Assembly: GCA_964494885.1 (NCBI GenBank)
Contig: CAZBTH010000001.1
Span: forward strand, 46,319 to 110,318
Origin: an uncultured Gammaproteobacteria bacterium
Lineage (GTDB): Bacteria; Patescibacteriota; Microgenomatia; UBA8517
Reading direction: 5' to 3'
DNA: 64,000 nt
Shown: positions 17,308 to 26,142 of the stretch, in pieces
Position numbering within the stretch: position 1 is the first letter of the stretch
Layout: the number at the start of each line of letters is the position of its first letter
Made by a program: the position numbers and the translations under genes
Notes under the pieces: model-generated
Seen by the model: only the letters and a program-made list of their open reading frames with translations
Database searches by the model: none
Told to the model about the DNA's origin: nothing

Positions 17308-18255
17308 TTGGACATTTGGTGTATAATCACGATTATATGGAAAAGGCATTATCTGGAGATAAATCTAGAAACAAATTACTTTCACCAATTCCTCATATTG
17401 GCGGTCCGGGACCCCAAATTTGACCATATTTCTACCTTAGATATCGATAAAGACTCGAAAGATGCTGTGATACTTTGGGCAAACAGACAAGAGAGGGTAG
17501 AAAAAGCGTGGGCCACACTTGACAACTTAAGCAGAAATCCGGGTCTTCCCAAAGCCGAAGCCGAGGTTGCTAACGAGCTTGCAAACACTGCGCTAGATAA
17601 GTTTTCGGAGATTAATCGCGAAATAGCTAAAGCTTTAGAAGCGGATGGACTTGCAGAGTCTATTTTAAACATATATATAGGTTTTTTTGATCAAACAAAA
17701 GATGAGAAGACAATTATTGAAAGTGCTGAAAATGTCGGAAGTGCCAACAAGTTATTAGACCGGATAGACTTGGCATCCGCAATTTGCACCGCAATCGTTG
17801 AAACCAGGGCAAATAATCCCAAGCTGAGACAAATGCGTCAAAAGATAGCACAATCTGTTTTTGATGAAATGTGTAACCAATTTTCTCAGGATAGACTCCT
17901 ATTCAGACACAGAATTGAGGCGCAACCAACTGCGATTATCGATTCCCCAATTGTTGAAAAAAGCGAGCTCACCAGTGCGCTTTTATCTGAAGACTGGACA
18001 GGCAAGGAGAGAAAGAAAGCATTTGCAAGTTTTAATCAGGTGCATGACGGAATGTTAGCTCAGAGAGTCGACGGAACGCACATAAGAGACCTAAACAAGC
18101 TTTGGAGATGGGCAGACGAAGGCGTTCCGGAAGATGTATCTGTCTTTACAATCTTGGAAGTCGCCGACAGAGTTTATGGTGAAGCCGGTTCGGCTTTCCA
18201 GGATGTTTGGGAAGCACAAGGCGAGAGGGAGAGGGAAAGAAAATCCTCCAAGTGA
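17308..18255 (+). CDS. Hypothetical protein (315 aa), helical, ERERER tail
   Basis: Long ORF divergent from the 258/409-aa pair. Confidence 0.45.
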   Translation: MDIWCIITIIWKRHYLEINLETNYFHQFLILAVRDPKFDHISTLDIDKDSKDAVILWANRQERVEKAWATLDNLSRNPGLPKAEAEVANELANTALDKFSEINREIAKALEADGLAESILNIYIGFFDQTKDEKTIIESAENVGSANKLLDRIDLASAICTAIVETRANNPKLRQMRQKIAQSVFDEMCNQFSQDRLLFRHRIEAQPTAIIDSPIVEKSELTSALLSEDWTGKERKKAFASFNQVHDGMLAQRVDGTHIRDLNKLWRWADEGVPEDVSVFTILEVADRVYGEAGSAFQDVWEAQGERERERKSSK

Positions 18256-18270
18256 CGTTTAGAATCTCAA

Positions 18271-18798
18271 TCATTTACTTTTGTATAAACAATATCTTCC
18301 ACTTCCAATTATCCCCGCCCTTTCAAAGCCTGCTTTCTCCAAAACTTTTTGAGAGTTTATATTATTTGGATGGACGTTCCCAAAAAGAGATTCGTAACCC
18401 AAATTAGAAAAAGCATATTTAGATAAGGTTTTAACAGCCTTCCACATATAACCTTTCCCTACAAACTCACTGCCCAAATAATATCCAACCTCTGCTTTTG
18501 ACTCTCCGTTTTCATCAGGAATCAGATTAATACTTCCGACAAATTCTCCATGATCCCAAATGCCAAATCTTAGCTTATCGGGATTTTTTGGATTAGTAAT
18601 ACTATCAAACACCGACTTTTCATCAGGATATTTAGAGGCTGTTTCATCGCCAAATTGAGACAAATGTCCTCTATTTCTATCAATAAGTTCAAAGATAACC
18701 TTTGCATCGTCAGGGGTAAATTGTCTCAAGGTGATTCCAAATTCAGATGAGCGAATTTCCAAAGGATTAGTAGTTATTGAAAGATTCTGTTCAGACAT
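18271..18798 (-). CDS. GNAT family N-acetyltransferase (RimJ/RimL-like)
   Basis: GNAT acetyl-CoA motif region VGYYLGSEFVGKGYMWKAV. Confidence 0.7.
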   Translation of the reverse strand: MSEQNLSITTNPLEIRSSEFGITLRQFTPDDAKVIFELIDRNRGHLSQFGDETASKYPDEKSVFDSITNPKNPDKLRFGIWDHGEFVGSINLIPDENGESKAEVGYYLGSEFVGKGYMWKAVKTLSKYAFSNLGYESLFGNVHPNNINSQKVLEKAGFERAGIIGSGRYCLYKSK

Positions 18799-19028
18799 AA
18801 CATCGATATTTTAGTTCATACCCCAGAGGAAGCTATTCTATACCAGTCCTCCAAGATTCGACCACCTTTACTCGCACCAAGTATGCTTGTCCTGATAAAA
18901 TACTGCTTCATATTTATCAAGTTTTTCTAAATCTTCTTTTCTAAATCTTTCCCTAGAATTAAGAATTACAATTTTCATTTTTTAGATTATACAACTTTCA
19001 GATGAATAGAACTGCCACTAGCGCTGAA

Positions 19029-19049
19029 TATCATATATCGATATATGAT
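19029..19049. promoter_or_regulatory. Operator-like palindrome copy 1 (ATCATATATCGATATATGATA)
   Basis: Perfect 20-bp palindrome; identical core at 19536-19558 and 19999-20024. Confidence 0.7.
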
Positions 19050-19089
19050 ATTCATTGGTTAAATGACTTTAATTAAAAATTGGTGAAAT

Positions 19090-19236
19090 TTTATCATCAA
19101 AGCAGAAAACCGCTTGCGTTAGCAAGTGGATGAATGCTTTTAAGCGAGTCGTTTAACGACGAGCGACAGATTCACAGGCTTTGATGTGAATCTGAATGAG
19201 AAGAAACTACCAGTGTAAGCTGGTAGATATTCATTT
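19090..19236 (+). ncRNA. Candidate small RNA: 4 hairpins plus an intrinsic terminator, convergent with the small membrane-protein gene
   Basis: Hairpins gcttgcgttagcaagt, gtcgtttaacgac, gattcaca..tgtgaatc and ctaccagtgtaagctggtag, followed by atattcatttttt. A TATCAT-like -10 sits about 20 nt after palindrome copy 1. No ORF. Confidence 0.35.
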
Positions 19237-19488
19237 TTTAAGCCACCAGGACTTGAGGATGCCAAGAGAGAAAGTCGAAACTAAATAGGCAACCGTGGGG
19301 ATAATGGCCGAAAGAAACGGATTGGAGACTCCGATCACAACAAACAGTATTGAAACTAAAATATAAGTGAAGATTGAAATAAAAATCCTACGGGTCCAGC
19401 TTGTTTCCCAAGCCTTGTCTCCTTCTACACGCATATTTCTCGCTTTTATTTTCTCTATCTCTTTTTCCAGATTTTCAATCGTTGCCAT
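19231..19488 (-). CDS. Small 2-TM membrane protein with N-terminal coiled-coil (85 aa), hypothetical
   Basis: N-terminal MATIENLEKEIEKIKARNMR then two hydrophobic helices; bidirectional terminator hairpin at 19204-19223. Confidence 0.55.
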   Translation of the reverse strand: MATIENLEKEIEKIKARNMRVEGDKAWETSWTRRIFISIFTYILVSILFVVIGVSNPFLSAIIPTVAYLVSTFSLGILKSWWLKK

Positions 19489-19535
19489 ATGCTTATTTTA
19501 TCACGAAGATTTAGTAAACGCCCACTCTCTTTTCG

Positions 19536-19558
19536 TATCATATATCGATATATGATAG
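19536..19558. promoter_or_regulatory. Operator-like palindrome copy 2 (TATCATATATCGATATATGATAG)
   Basis: Perfect palindrome between the two minus-strand genes. Confidence 0.7.
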
Positions 19559-19560
19559 TC

Positions 19561-19992
19561 TTAACGAAGTTGACCTTTATGAAAGTCTTTCTTGAATAAA
19601 TCTGGAACCCTGCCCGAGCCGGCTTTAATGGCGTAGTCAAGAATATTAAACAAAATTTCTTTAACTGTGTTGTTTCTCCTTTGTTTTTCCAGTTTATCGA
19701 ATATGACATCGAAACCTTCCTGATGCGTCAGGATCCAAAGTTTTAATCTTGCAACAGTGGCCGGAGTTAGTTTTAAAAGGTCTTGTATCTTTATCGAATC
19801 AATATTATGTCTAAGAAGAAAGGCAGCAACCACTCTTTTGGCAATCATAAGCCTTTCGGTTTCTGACAGAACGGAGGTTAGGAACTTTTCGGTATCGGAA
19901 ATATTATTCAGATCCTTAAGGAGGAAGGTCAGCGAGTCGAGTGTATACTTTTGTATCTTGGGCTCTATTTTCCTTTTAGAAACATGCGGCAT
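19561..19992 (-). CDS. Putative HTH-type transcriptional regulator (143 aa)
   Basis: Helical protein; the segment IQDLLKLTPATVARLK resembles an HTH; flanked by three copies of one palindrome. Confidence 0.45.
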   Translation of the reverse strand: MPHVSKRKIEPKIQKYTLDSLTFLLKDLNNISDTEKFLTSVLSETERLMIAKRVVAAFLLRHNIDSIKIQDLLKLTPATVARLKLWILTHQEGFDVIFDKLEKQRRNNTVKEILFNILDYAIKAGSGRVPDLFKKDFHKGQLR

Positions 19993-19998
19993 ACCTAA

Positions 19999-20024
19999 CT
20001 ATCATATATCGATATATGATAGTC
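19999..20024. promoter_or_regulatory. Operator-like palindrome copy 3 (CTATCATATATCGATATATGATAGTC)
   Basis: Perfect 26-bp palindrome starting 7 bp upstream of the regulator start codon. Confidence 0.7.
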
Positions 20025-20979
20025 AAGACCGTGGGGTTGAGACAACACTCTTGATTTCTTCAAAACTCGTGGCCTCCATCAGTTTTTGTCTGAGTATGCT
20101 TGCCCCATTAAAATTATTGATATACATTTTGAAAAATTTCTTGATTATGGCAAAGTTTTTGGTTTCTCCCCAAGTTTTTTCAAATAGATCGATATGTTTT
20201 AACAAAAGGTCAATATAATCCTGCCTTACCCCTCGAAGCTTTAGCGAAGTGGGGTTGAATACCCAAGGGTTTGTAAAAATTCCACGCCCTATCATTACCC
20301 CATCCACTCCGTACTTTTCAGACAGAACAACAACCTCATCATAGCTTTTAACATCACCGTTTCCGATAATAACAGTCTCGGGAGAAATTTCATTTTTGAT
20401 TTTTACAATTTCACCTATTTCGTTCCAATCTGCGGGGGAAGCGGACATTTGTTTGGCGGTTCTCGCGTGAATAGTTAGTGTCGCAATATTTTGTTTTAGG
20501 AGAAACGTACACCATTCGCGCGCAATATTTTCGTTTTTACCGAGCCGAGTTTTGACACTAACGGGTATTTTTCCCGCCCCTTTTTTAACCGATTTTATAA
20601 TTTCACCCGATAAATCATAATTACCAATAAGTCCCGCTCCTGCCCCTCGTTTCATCACCTCCCGAACCGGACAGCCCATATTTATATCAATTCCGTCAAA
20701 GCCAAGGTCTGCAACAATCCCAGCCGCTTTTTCCATTAACACCGGATCTTTCCCCCAAATCTGGGCAACAATTGGATGCTGATCTGGAGTAAAAGTTAAT
20801 TTACGGAGAGGAACTCCGTGCGAATTGTACACAAGTCCATCCGCGCTCGTAAACTCAGTGAAGAAGACATCAGGCCTTCCCGCTTCCATTACAACCTGCC
20901 TAAAAACATTATCAGTAACATCGTCCATCGGGGCCAAAACCGTGAAAGGTTTGGGTAGTTTTTGCCAAAAATTATTCAT
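20023..20979 (-). CDS. dus: tRNA-dihydrouridine synthase
   Basis: VLAPMDDVTD...DINMGCP...TIHARTAKQ TIM-barrel Dus motifs. Confidence 0.85.
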   Translation of the reverse strand: MNNFWQKLPKPFTVLAPMDDVTDNVFRQVVMEAGRPDVFFTEFTSADGLVYNSHGVPLRKLTFTPDQHPIVAQIWGKDPVLMEKAAGIVADLGFDGIDINMGCPVREVMKRGAGAGLIGNYDLSGEIIKSVKKGAGKIPVSVKTRLGKNENIAREWCTFLLKQNIATLTIHARTAKQMSASPADWNEIGEIVKIKNEISPETVIIGNGDVKSYDEVVVLSEKYGVDGVMIGRGIFTNPWVFNPTSLKLRGVRQDYIDLLLKHIDLFEKTWGETKNFAIIKKFFKMYINNFNGASILRQKLMEATSFEEIKSVVSTPRS

Positions 20980-22042
20980 TTTCTCCGCTCCCCAACTCCA
21001 AACTTTTTATTTCGGGCAAACTCTTGCCGATTACTCCCTGCAGGTCCCCATACATCCCGTGAGTGTGATCTATGACTTTCCTTATTTCTTTTTCCTGTCT
21101 GGCCCATTTAACATTAAAGTATCTTTTTTCTTTTTCCAATTCTTCCTGCAAGTTGCTGAATGCATCCACAATTCCTTCGACTCTGTTTTTAAACTCTGTC
21201 CCCGTCAAATATTGATAAAGAATTTTCATTTTCTCGTCTTTGCCTTCACTTGAAGCCCTTTCGTGGAACAAACTCACCAAATTAAAACGTAGGGACCAGG
21301 AAAGTGGAATAAAATGTTTCCAGCTTACTATCCAAACTCCGTCACGATAAGCAAAACTGTCCACACCCTCGGGTAAGTTAACCGTAACTAAAACCGCCAA
21401 ATCAGCCTTGGCTTGGCGTTGGTCTTCTTTTAATTTGGAAATCCAGCCATTGCTCCATTCGGCATTTTTGCTTTCCCAAAGTATTTTTCCACAAGACCTG
21501 CCTAACTTATCCACCACTTCCTGCTCTACATCCGCCCCGCGTTGACCCTTTTTAACTTCTAAAATTCTATCTGTTGGAAATTCTTCTCTAAGTTTTGACT
21601 CAAGTTCGAGCTCCAAAGTTTCTCCCTGTGTTTGCTGCGAACCCTGTTGAATTTTAGTTTTTAAAGATTCTATCTGATCCAGGGCTTCACGAAGCTTGTT
21701 GTCCTTTTCCAAGTCTTTTAATTTATGCTCCTCTTCTGTTTTTTGTCGGACTTCCACTTTGATTTTCTCTTCCTCCTCCATTAGCTTCTTCTTCATTTGA
21801 ATTTCGCGCTCTTCATCTTTTTCTCTAAGTTTCTTAATCTCATCAAGCAGTTCAGATATTTGATTTGTAAGTTTTTCAACCCGCGCTTTTGATTCTTCTT
21901 CGCTCTTCCTTTTTACATTTTCCAGTTCTTCTTTATGCTTTGCTAATAAAGTTTGACTGACCCGCTCTTCAATTTCATGCTTCAGAGCTTCCGTAGCTTC
22001 AAATTCTTTGCCGCAATGCGGACATTTAATAACATTTTTCAT
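20972..22042 (-). CDS. Zn-ribbon / coiled-coil protein with C-terminal DUF2130-like nuclease-fold domain
   Basis: N-terminal CPHCGK, long E/K-rich coiled coil, conserved C-terminal domain. Confidence 0.5.
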   Translation of the reverse strand: MKNVIKCPHCGKEFEATEALKHEIEERVSQTLLAKHKEELENVKRKSEEESKARVEKLTNQISELLDEIKKLREKDEEREIQMKKKLMEEEEKIKVEVRQKTEEEHKLKDLEKDNKLREALDQIESLKTKIQQGSQQTQGETLELELESKLREEFPTDRILEVKKGQRGADVEQEVVDKLGRSCGKILWESKNAEWSNGWISKLKEDQRQAKADLAVLVTVNLPEGVDSFAYRDGVWIVSWKHFIPLSWSLRFNLVSLFHERASSEGKDEKMKILYQYLTGTEFKNRVEGIVDAFSNLQEELEKEKRYFNVKWARQEKEIRKVIDHTHGMYGDLQGVIGKSLPEIKSLELGSGENE

Positions 22043-22084
22043 ATTTTATCTTCCCATTTTACTACAATGATATATAATTAACTT

Positions 22085-22432
22085 GTGAAATTCAGTATTA
22101 GACTTTTATATCTTTACCTTTTTTCTTTTATTGGTCTCCTTATAGCCGTAATAGGAACAATCAGATTGATTCAACTCGGGATTAAGGTATATATTTTCAA
22201 GGGAGCAGATGTCTATATTTCATATCCGATTTCTGTGGGCCCGGACGGCAAAGGTGTTGAATTATCCCAAGTTGACAAAGAGTTACAACAACGAACTCAA
22301 AATGAAGAAAATAGACGCCAAAGACAAAGAGAGGTATCGGAAGCTTTTGCTATGTTGCTTGTTGGAATTCCCCTATACAAATACCACTGGAATATTATTC
22401 AAAAAGAAGGCAAGAAGTCATCGACTTCGTAA
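22085..22432 (+). CDS. Small membrane protein, hypothetical (GTG start in the ORF track)
   Basis: Two hydrophobic segments; start uncertain. Confidence 0.4.
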   Translation: MKFSIRLLYLYLFSFIGLLIAVIGTIRLIQLGIKVYIFKGADVYISYPISVGPDGKGVELSQVDKELQQRTQNEENRRQRQREVSEAFAMLLVGIPLYKYHWNIIQKEGKKSSTS

Positions 22433-23323
22433 CAGTTTTTTAAACTGCTCCAAACTTTTGTAGTCGTGAATGGAAACCGGCAAAATTTTATTCACCAATT
22501 TACTTAATTTTTTAACTAATTTTTGTACATCTTCAGTCTTAACCAAATCAGTTTTTGTCAAAATAATTATTTCGGGTTTTTTAGTAAGATCGAACCCAAA
22601 TTTGTCAAGCTCGCCTCTGACGGTTTCGTAATCCTTTAAAACATCGCCAGATTCGCAGGAAATACAATGAAGCAAAACTGAAACTTTTTCTATGTGCTTT
22701 AAAAAACCGATTCCCAACCCCTTGCCACTGGAAGCTCCCTCAATCAGACCGGGAATATCTGCAAGGCATTTATCCTCAAAAACTCCCAGGTTGGGTTCAA
22801 GTGTAGTAAATGGGTAATTCGCGGTTTCCGCTTTTGCGTTAGTCAATTCATTCAAAAGACTGCTTTTACCAGCATTTGGCAACCCGATTAACCCGAAATC
22901 GGCGATAAGTTTGAGGGATAGAATTACTTTTTTCTCTTCGCCACGTGTACCGGGTGTACCGGTAGTACCCCCAAATCCACCACGCCCCCCACGGCATATT
23001 AAAATCCGTTCATCCGGTTTTGTTAATTCTAATATAACTTTGCCGGTGTCTTTTTCGATAACACTTGTACCTGCAGGGAGCAGGATTTCAATATCACTGC
23101 CCTGTTTACCGCTTCTATTGTTTTTGCCTCCCATACTTCCGTTTTCAGCAATAAAAAGATCTTTTTCACTAAATTGGTTTAAAAGATTGATATTTGATGA
23201 GGTTTTGATAAAAACGCTACCCCCATTACCTCCGTTCCCTCCGTCGGGGCCTTTAAACTTGTTAGGCATACCATGTCCGCCGTGCCCACCCCTAATTGTA
23301 ATTTCAGCTCTGTCTATTAGCAT
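22418..23323 (-). CDS. obg: GTPase Obg/CgtA
   Basis: N-terminal Gly-rich Obg fold (GGNGGNGGSVF, GGRGG) followed by G1 GLPNAGKSSL and G3 DIPGLI. Confidence 0.85.
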   Translation of the reverse strand: MLIDRAEITIRGGHGGHGMPNKFKGPDGGNGGNGGSVFIKTSSNINLLNQFSEKDLFIAENGSMGGKNNRSGKQGSDIEILLPAGTSVIEKDTGKVILELTKPDERILICRGGRGGFGGTTGTPGTRGEEKKVILSLKLIADFGLIGLPNAGKSSLLNELTNAKAETANYPFTTLEPNLGVFEDKCLADIPGLIEGASSGKGLGIGFLKHIEKVSVLLHCISCESGDVLKDYETVRGELDKFGFDLTKKPEIIILTKTDLVKTEDVQKLVKKLSKLVNKILPVSIHDYKSLEQFKKLLRSR

Positions 23324-23353
23324 ACTTGTATTATATTCTTTCTTGAGTGTATT

Positions 23354-24397
23354 ATGTTCTTTATGTTGGATTTTCCTGCCGGGAAGAAATTAGCCTTCGC
23401 CTACAATGTTAGGCACGCATATCCCGATCCCGATAAACCTTCAACTTTTAATGAGGCGGATTTTGACGACCAGGTGACAATCGATGCAATCATTGGACAC
23501 CTTAAAAATATAGGGCTGGATATAATGCCACTCGAGGCAAACCTGGATGCTGAAGCATTTTTGTCTAAAAATAAATCGCAGATAGGTTTTGTGTTGAATT
23601 ATTCCGAGGAAGTGTTTGCTTCTGTTCCAAAAACCTACATGGCCGAAGTTTTAGAAAGAGTCGGCCTACCTTTTTCCGGATGTTCCTTTAAAACCCAAAA
23701 AATAATTATCAACAAAGGAGAAATGAAAAGATTAATGCTAATCGAAAACATTTCAACGCTTCCCTACCAAGTTTTTGAAAGCACGGAGGAAATGTTGCAC
23801 GAACGACTTAAATATCCTCTAATCGTCAAGCCCATTGCCCGCGGGTCTTCTGCCGGGATAACAAATAAAAGTGTAGTTAACACTCGAGAAGAGCTGGCAG
23901 AACAGGTGAAATTTATTCTGGAAACTTTTAACGAGCCGGCACTTATCGAACCGTTTATAAACGGACGAGAATTTTCGGTTGGGATGTTGGGAAACCCGCC
24001 TGAATTTTTTCCTATAATCGAGCCCAGACACGATAAAATCCCTAAAGGGTATCACCACATAGATTCGATGGAGGTCAAATGGAGGCTTGAGGATGAACTT
24101 GGAATCAATTACTTTAATTTACCCGCCAAGGTTGACAATGAATTAAAGTCTAGAATTGAAAATTTGTGCATTCAAACTTGGAAGGCTTTGGAAATCCGTG
24201 ATTTTTGTAGAATCGATCTTCGAATAGATGAAAAGGGTGGAAATGTGTATGTTTTGGATGTTAATTCTCCTCCGGGTCTGGTCCCACCGGAAATCACAGC
24301 AACATCATACTTCCCAGCCGCAGCTAAAGTAAAGGGTTATGAGTATGAGATCCTTTTGTTTAAAATTGTTGAAACTGGTCTAAAAAGATATCAATGA
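23354..24397 (+). CDS. ddl: ATP-grasp enzyme, D-alanine--D-alanine ligase family
   Basis: ATP-grasp motifs EPFINGREFSVG, VLDVNSPPGL; Ddl-like length. Confidence 0.6.
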   Translation: MFFMLDFPAGKKLAFAYNVRHAYPDPDKPSTFNEADFDDQVTIDAIIGHLKNIGLDIMPLEANLDAEAFLSKNKSQIGFVLNYSEEVFASVPKTYMAEVLERVGLPFSGCSFKTQKIIINKGEMKRLMLIENISTLPYQVFESTEEMLHERLKYPLIVKPIARGSSAGITNKSVVNTREELAEQVKFILETFNEPALIEPFINGREFSVGMLGNPPEFFPIIEPRHDKIPKGYHHIDSMEVKWRLEDELGINYFNLPAKVDNELKSRIENLCIQTWKALEIRDFCRIDLRIDEKGGNVYVLDVNSPPGLVPPEITATSYFPAAAKVKGYEYEILLFKIVETGLKRYQ

Positions 24398-24528
24398 TCA
24401 TCAAAAGAAAAGAAGGGTACTACGTTATCGGCAGAACTTCAAAAAAGCACTTAGGCGGACCGTACAAAAAAAGAGAGGATGCTGTAAACAGGTTGCGACA
24501 AGTGGAGTATTTCAAAAAATCCCGTTAA
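24394..24528 (+). CDS. Unannotated 44-aa basic ORF (MIIKRKEGYYVIGRTSKKHLGGPYKKREDAVNRLRQVEYFKKSR)
   Basis: Its ATG overlaps the ddl-like stop codon (ATGA), suggesting translational coupling; below the 60-aa ORF-track cutoff. Confidence 0.35.
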   Translation: MIIKRKEGYYVIGRTSKKHLGGPYKKREDAVNRLRQVEYFKKSR

Positions 24529-24536
24529 CCAGATAT

Positions 24537-25244
24537 GTGTTATGCTCAAGTATGAAATTAAAACTTGTTGAAAAAAAGGAAGAAGCTAAAGGAACGGTTT
24601 CTTTTTTTTGGGAACCAGAAAAACCTGTGAATTTCCTGGCGGGACAGTATTATTATTTCACAATTCCAAATTTGAAATATCCGGATTCGAGAGGAACAAC
24701 CAGACACTTTACAATTTCTTCTTCTCCGACTGAAGGAGATCTTCTAAGGATTACAACAAGAATTAGAGAAGAGTTGGGGTACAAAAAAACACTTAACGAA
24801 CTTCCTATCGGTGCTGAAATCGAAGGAGAGGGTCCCAATGGAACTTTTATTTTTGATGAAAAGGACATGGGGCAACAGGTGTTCATTGCGGGAGGAATCG
24901 GGATCACTCCATTTAGGAGCATGGTTAAATACGCCTTAGATAAGAATATACGAACTCCTATTTATTTAATTTATTCAAATTCCGATAGCCAATTCGTTTT
25001 TAAAGATGAATTCGACAAATGGTCAAGTCAAAATGATTACTTCAAAGTTTCGTATTTCGATTCGTCCGTATCCGGCCACATCGATAGTGCAAAATTGCAG
25101 CCCCTACTTACTACATACGACATACAACATACAACTTTTTGGTTAGCCGGCCCACCCCCAATGATTGACGCTATGGAACAGGTTTTGGGTAAACTTAAGA
25201 TTACCTCCGACAAAGTCCACTCCGAAAAATTCACGGGGTATTAA
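24537..25244 (+). CDS. FAD/NAD(P)-binding oxidoreductase (ferredoxin-NADP reductase-like)
   Basis: RHFTISS (FAD) and VFIAGGIGITP (NAD) motifs. Confidence 0.7.
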   Translation: MLCSSMKLKLVEKKEEAKGTVSFFWEPEKPVNFLAGQYYYFTIPNLKYPDSRGTTRHFTISSSPTEGDLLRITTRIREELGYKKTLNELPIGAEIEGEGPNGTFIFDEKDMGQQVFIAGGIGITPFRSMVKYALDKNIRTPIYLIYSNSDSQFVFKDEFDKWSSQNDYFKVSYFDSSVSGHIDSAKLQPLLTTYDIQHTTFWLAGPPPMIDAMEQVLGKLKITSDKVHSEKFTGY

Positions 25245-25311
25245 AGCTTCTCACCACTTGTGTTGTATAATCATGACAAGCCGGGCGGTATCGCCTGCCC
25301 GCAGAGCCTAC

Positions 25312-25383
25312 GCCAGTGTAGCTCAATGGTAGAGCAATCCCATCGTAAGGGAAAGGTTAGAGGTTCAAGTCCCCTCACTGGCT
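25312..25383 (+). tRNA. tRNA-Thr (CGU)
   Basis: Acceptor GCCAGTG/CACTGGC, D-arm GCTCAATGGTAGAGC, anticodon loop atCGTaa, T-loop GGTTCAAGT. One mismatch in each of the anticodon and T stems. Confidence 0.65.
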
Positions 25384-25422
25384 CATGCGTTGGCGGGCGG
25401 GTAAACCGCAGTTACTAAAATC

Positions 25423-26142
25423 ATGATAAGAAATTATTCCAGACTGGCATCGGTCGAAGAAAGAAAAAACCTAAGAAGGGCAATTACTTATATTGTTCTT
25501 GCGATCTCTGGTCTTATTCTTCTCTTTTTTCTGGGAATTCCGATCCTTGGAAAATTTACCGCATTTGTCTCCGATCTTGGAAAAAGCAACAAACCGATTA
25601 CAAATAACGACAATACTCCACCCGCCCCACCTAGGTTTAATACTTTTTCCGATTTCACCAATCAAAACCAAGTAAGCCTTACCGGCACCACCGAACCCGG
25701 GTCCACTATTAAATTGTCACTTAATGGAAACGGAATGGATACTTTAGCCGACAAAGACGGCGCTTTTACTTTCAGTGATCTAAGTCTTAAAGATGGTGAC
25801 AATATATTTTTAGCTACTGCTGTCGATACCGCCGGAAATATCAGCCAACAAACTCAAGAATATAAAATAGTTTTTGATAACAAACCCCCCGACCTAATAA
25901 TAGAAAGTCCTAGTGATGGATCAACTTTTTTTGGCTCAAAACAAAGGCAGGTTACAATACAGGGAACGTCGGAAAGCGAGATTCAAGTAACAATTAATGA
26001 CAGAATCATTGTGGTTGATAATAACGGCAAATACCAATATACACTCACGCTCAACGAAGGAGAAAACAAGTTTGTTGTCAAAGCAACAGATCGAGCTGGA
26101 AATTCGACCGAAAAAAATATTACACTAAATTTTTCTTCTTAA
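25423..26142 (+). CDS. Membrane-anchored surface protein with Ig-like beta domains
   Basis: N-terminal TM; repeated beta-rich segments (VTIQGTSESEIQVTIND...). Confidence 0.5.
   Translation: MIRNYSRLASVEERKNLRRAITYIVLAISGLILLFFLGIPILGKFTAFVSDLGKSNKPITNNDNTPPAPPRFNTFSDFTNQNQVSLTGTTEPGSTIKLSLNGNGMDTLADKDGAFTFSDLSLKDGDNIFLATAVDTAGNISQQTQEYKIVFDNKPPDLIIESPSDGSTFFGSKQRQVTIQGTSESEIQVTINDRIIVVDNNGKYQYTLTLNEGENKFVVKATDRAGNSTEKNITLNFSS

Noticed and set aside
19029-20024. CRISPR array, considered because of repeated identical palindromes
   Set aside because: There are only three copies with irregular ~480-bp spacing that spans whole genes, and no cas genes. The behaviour is that of operator sites, not CRISPR repeats.
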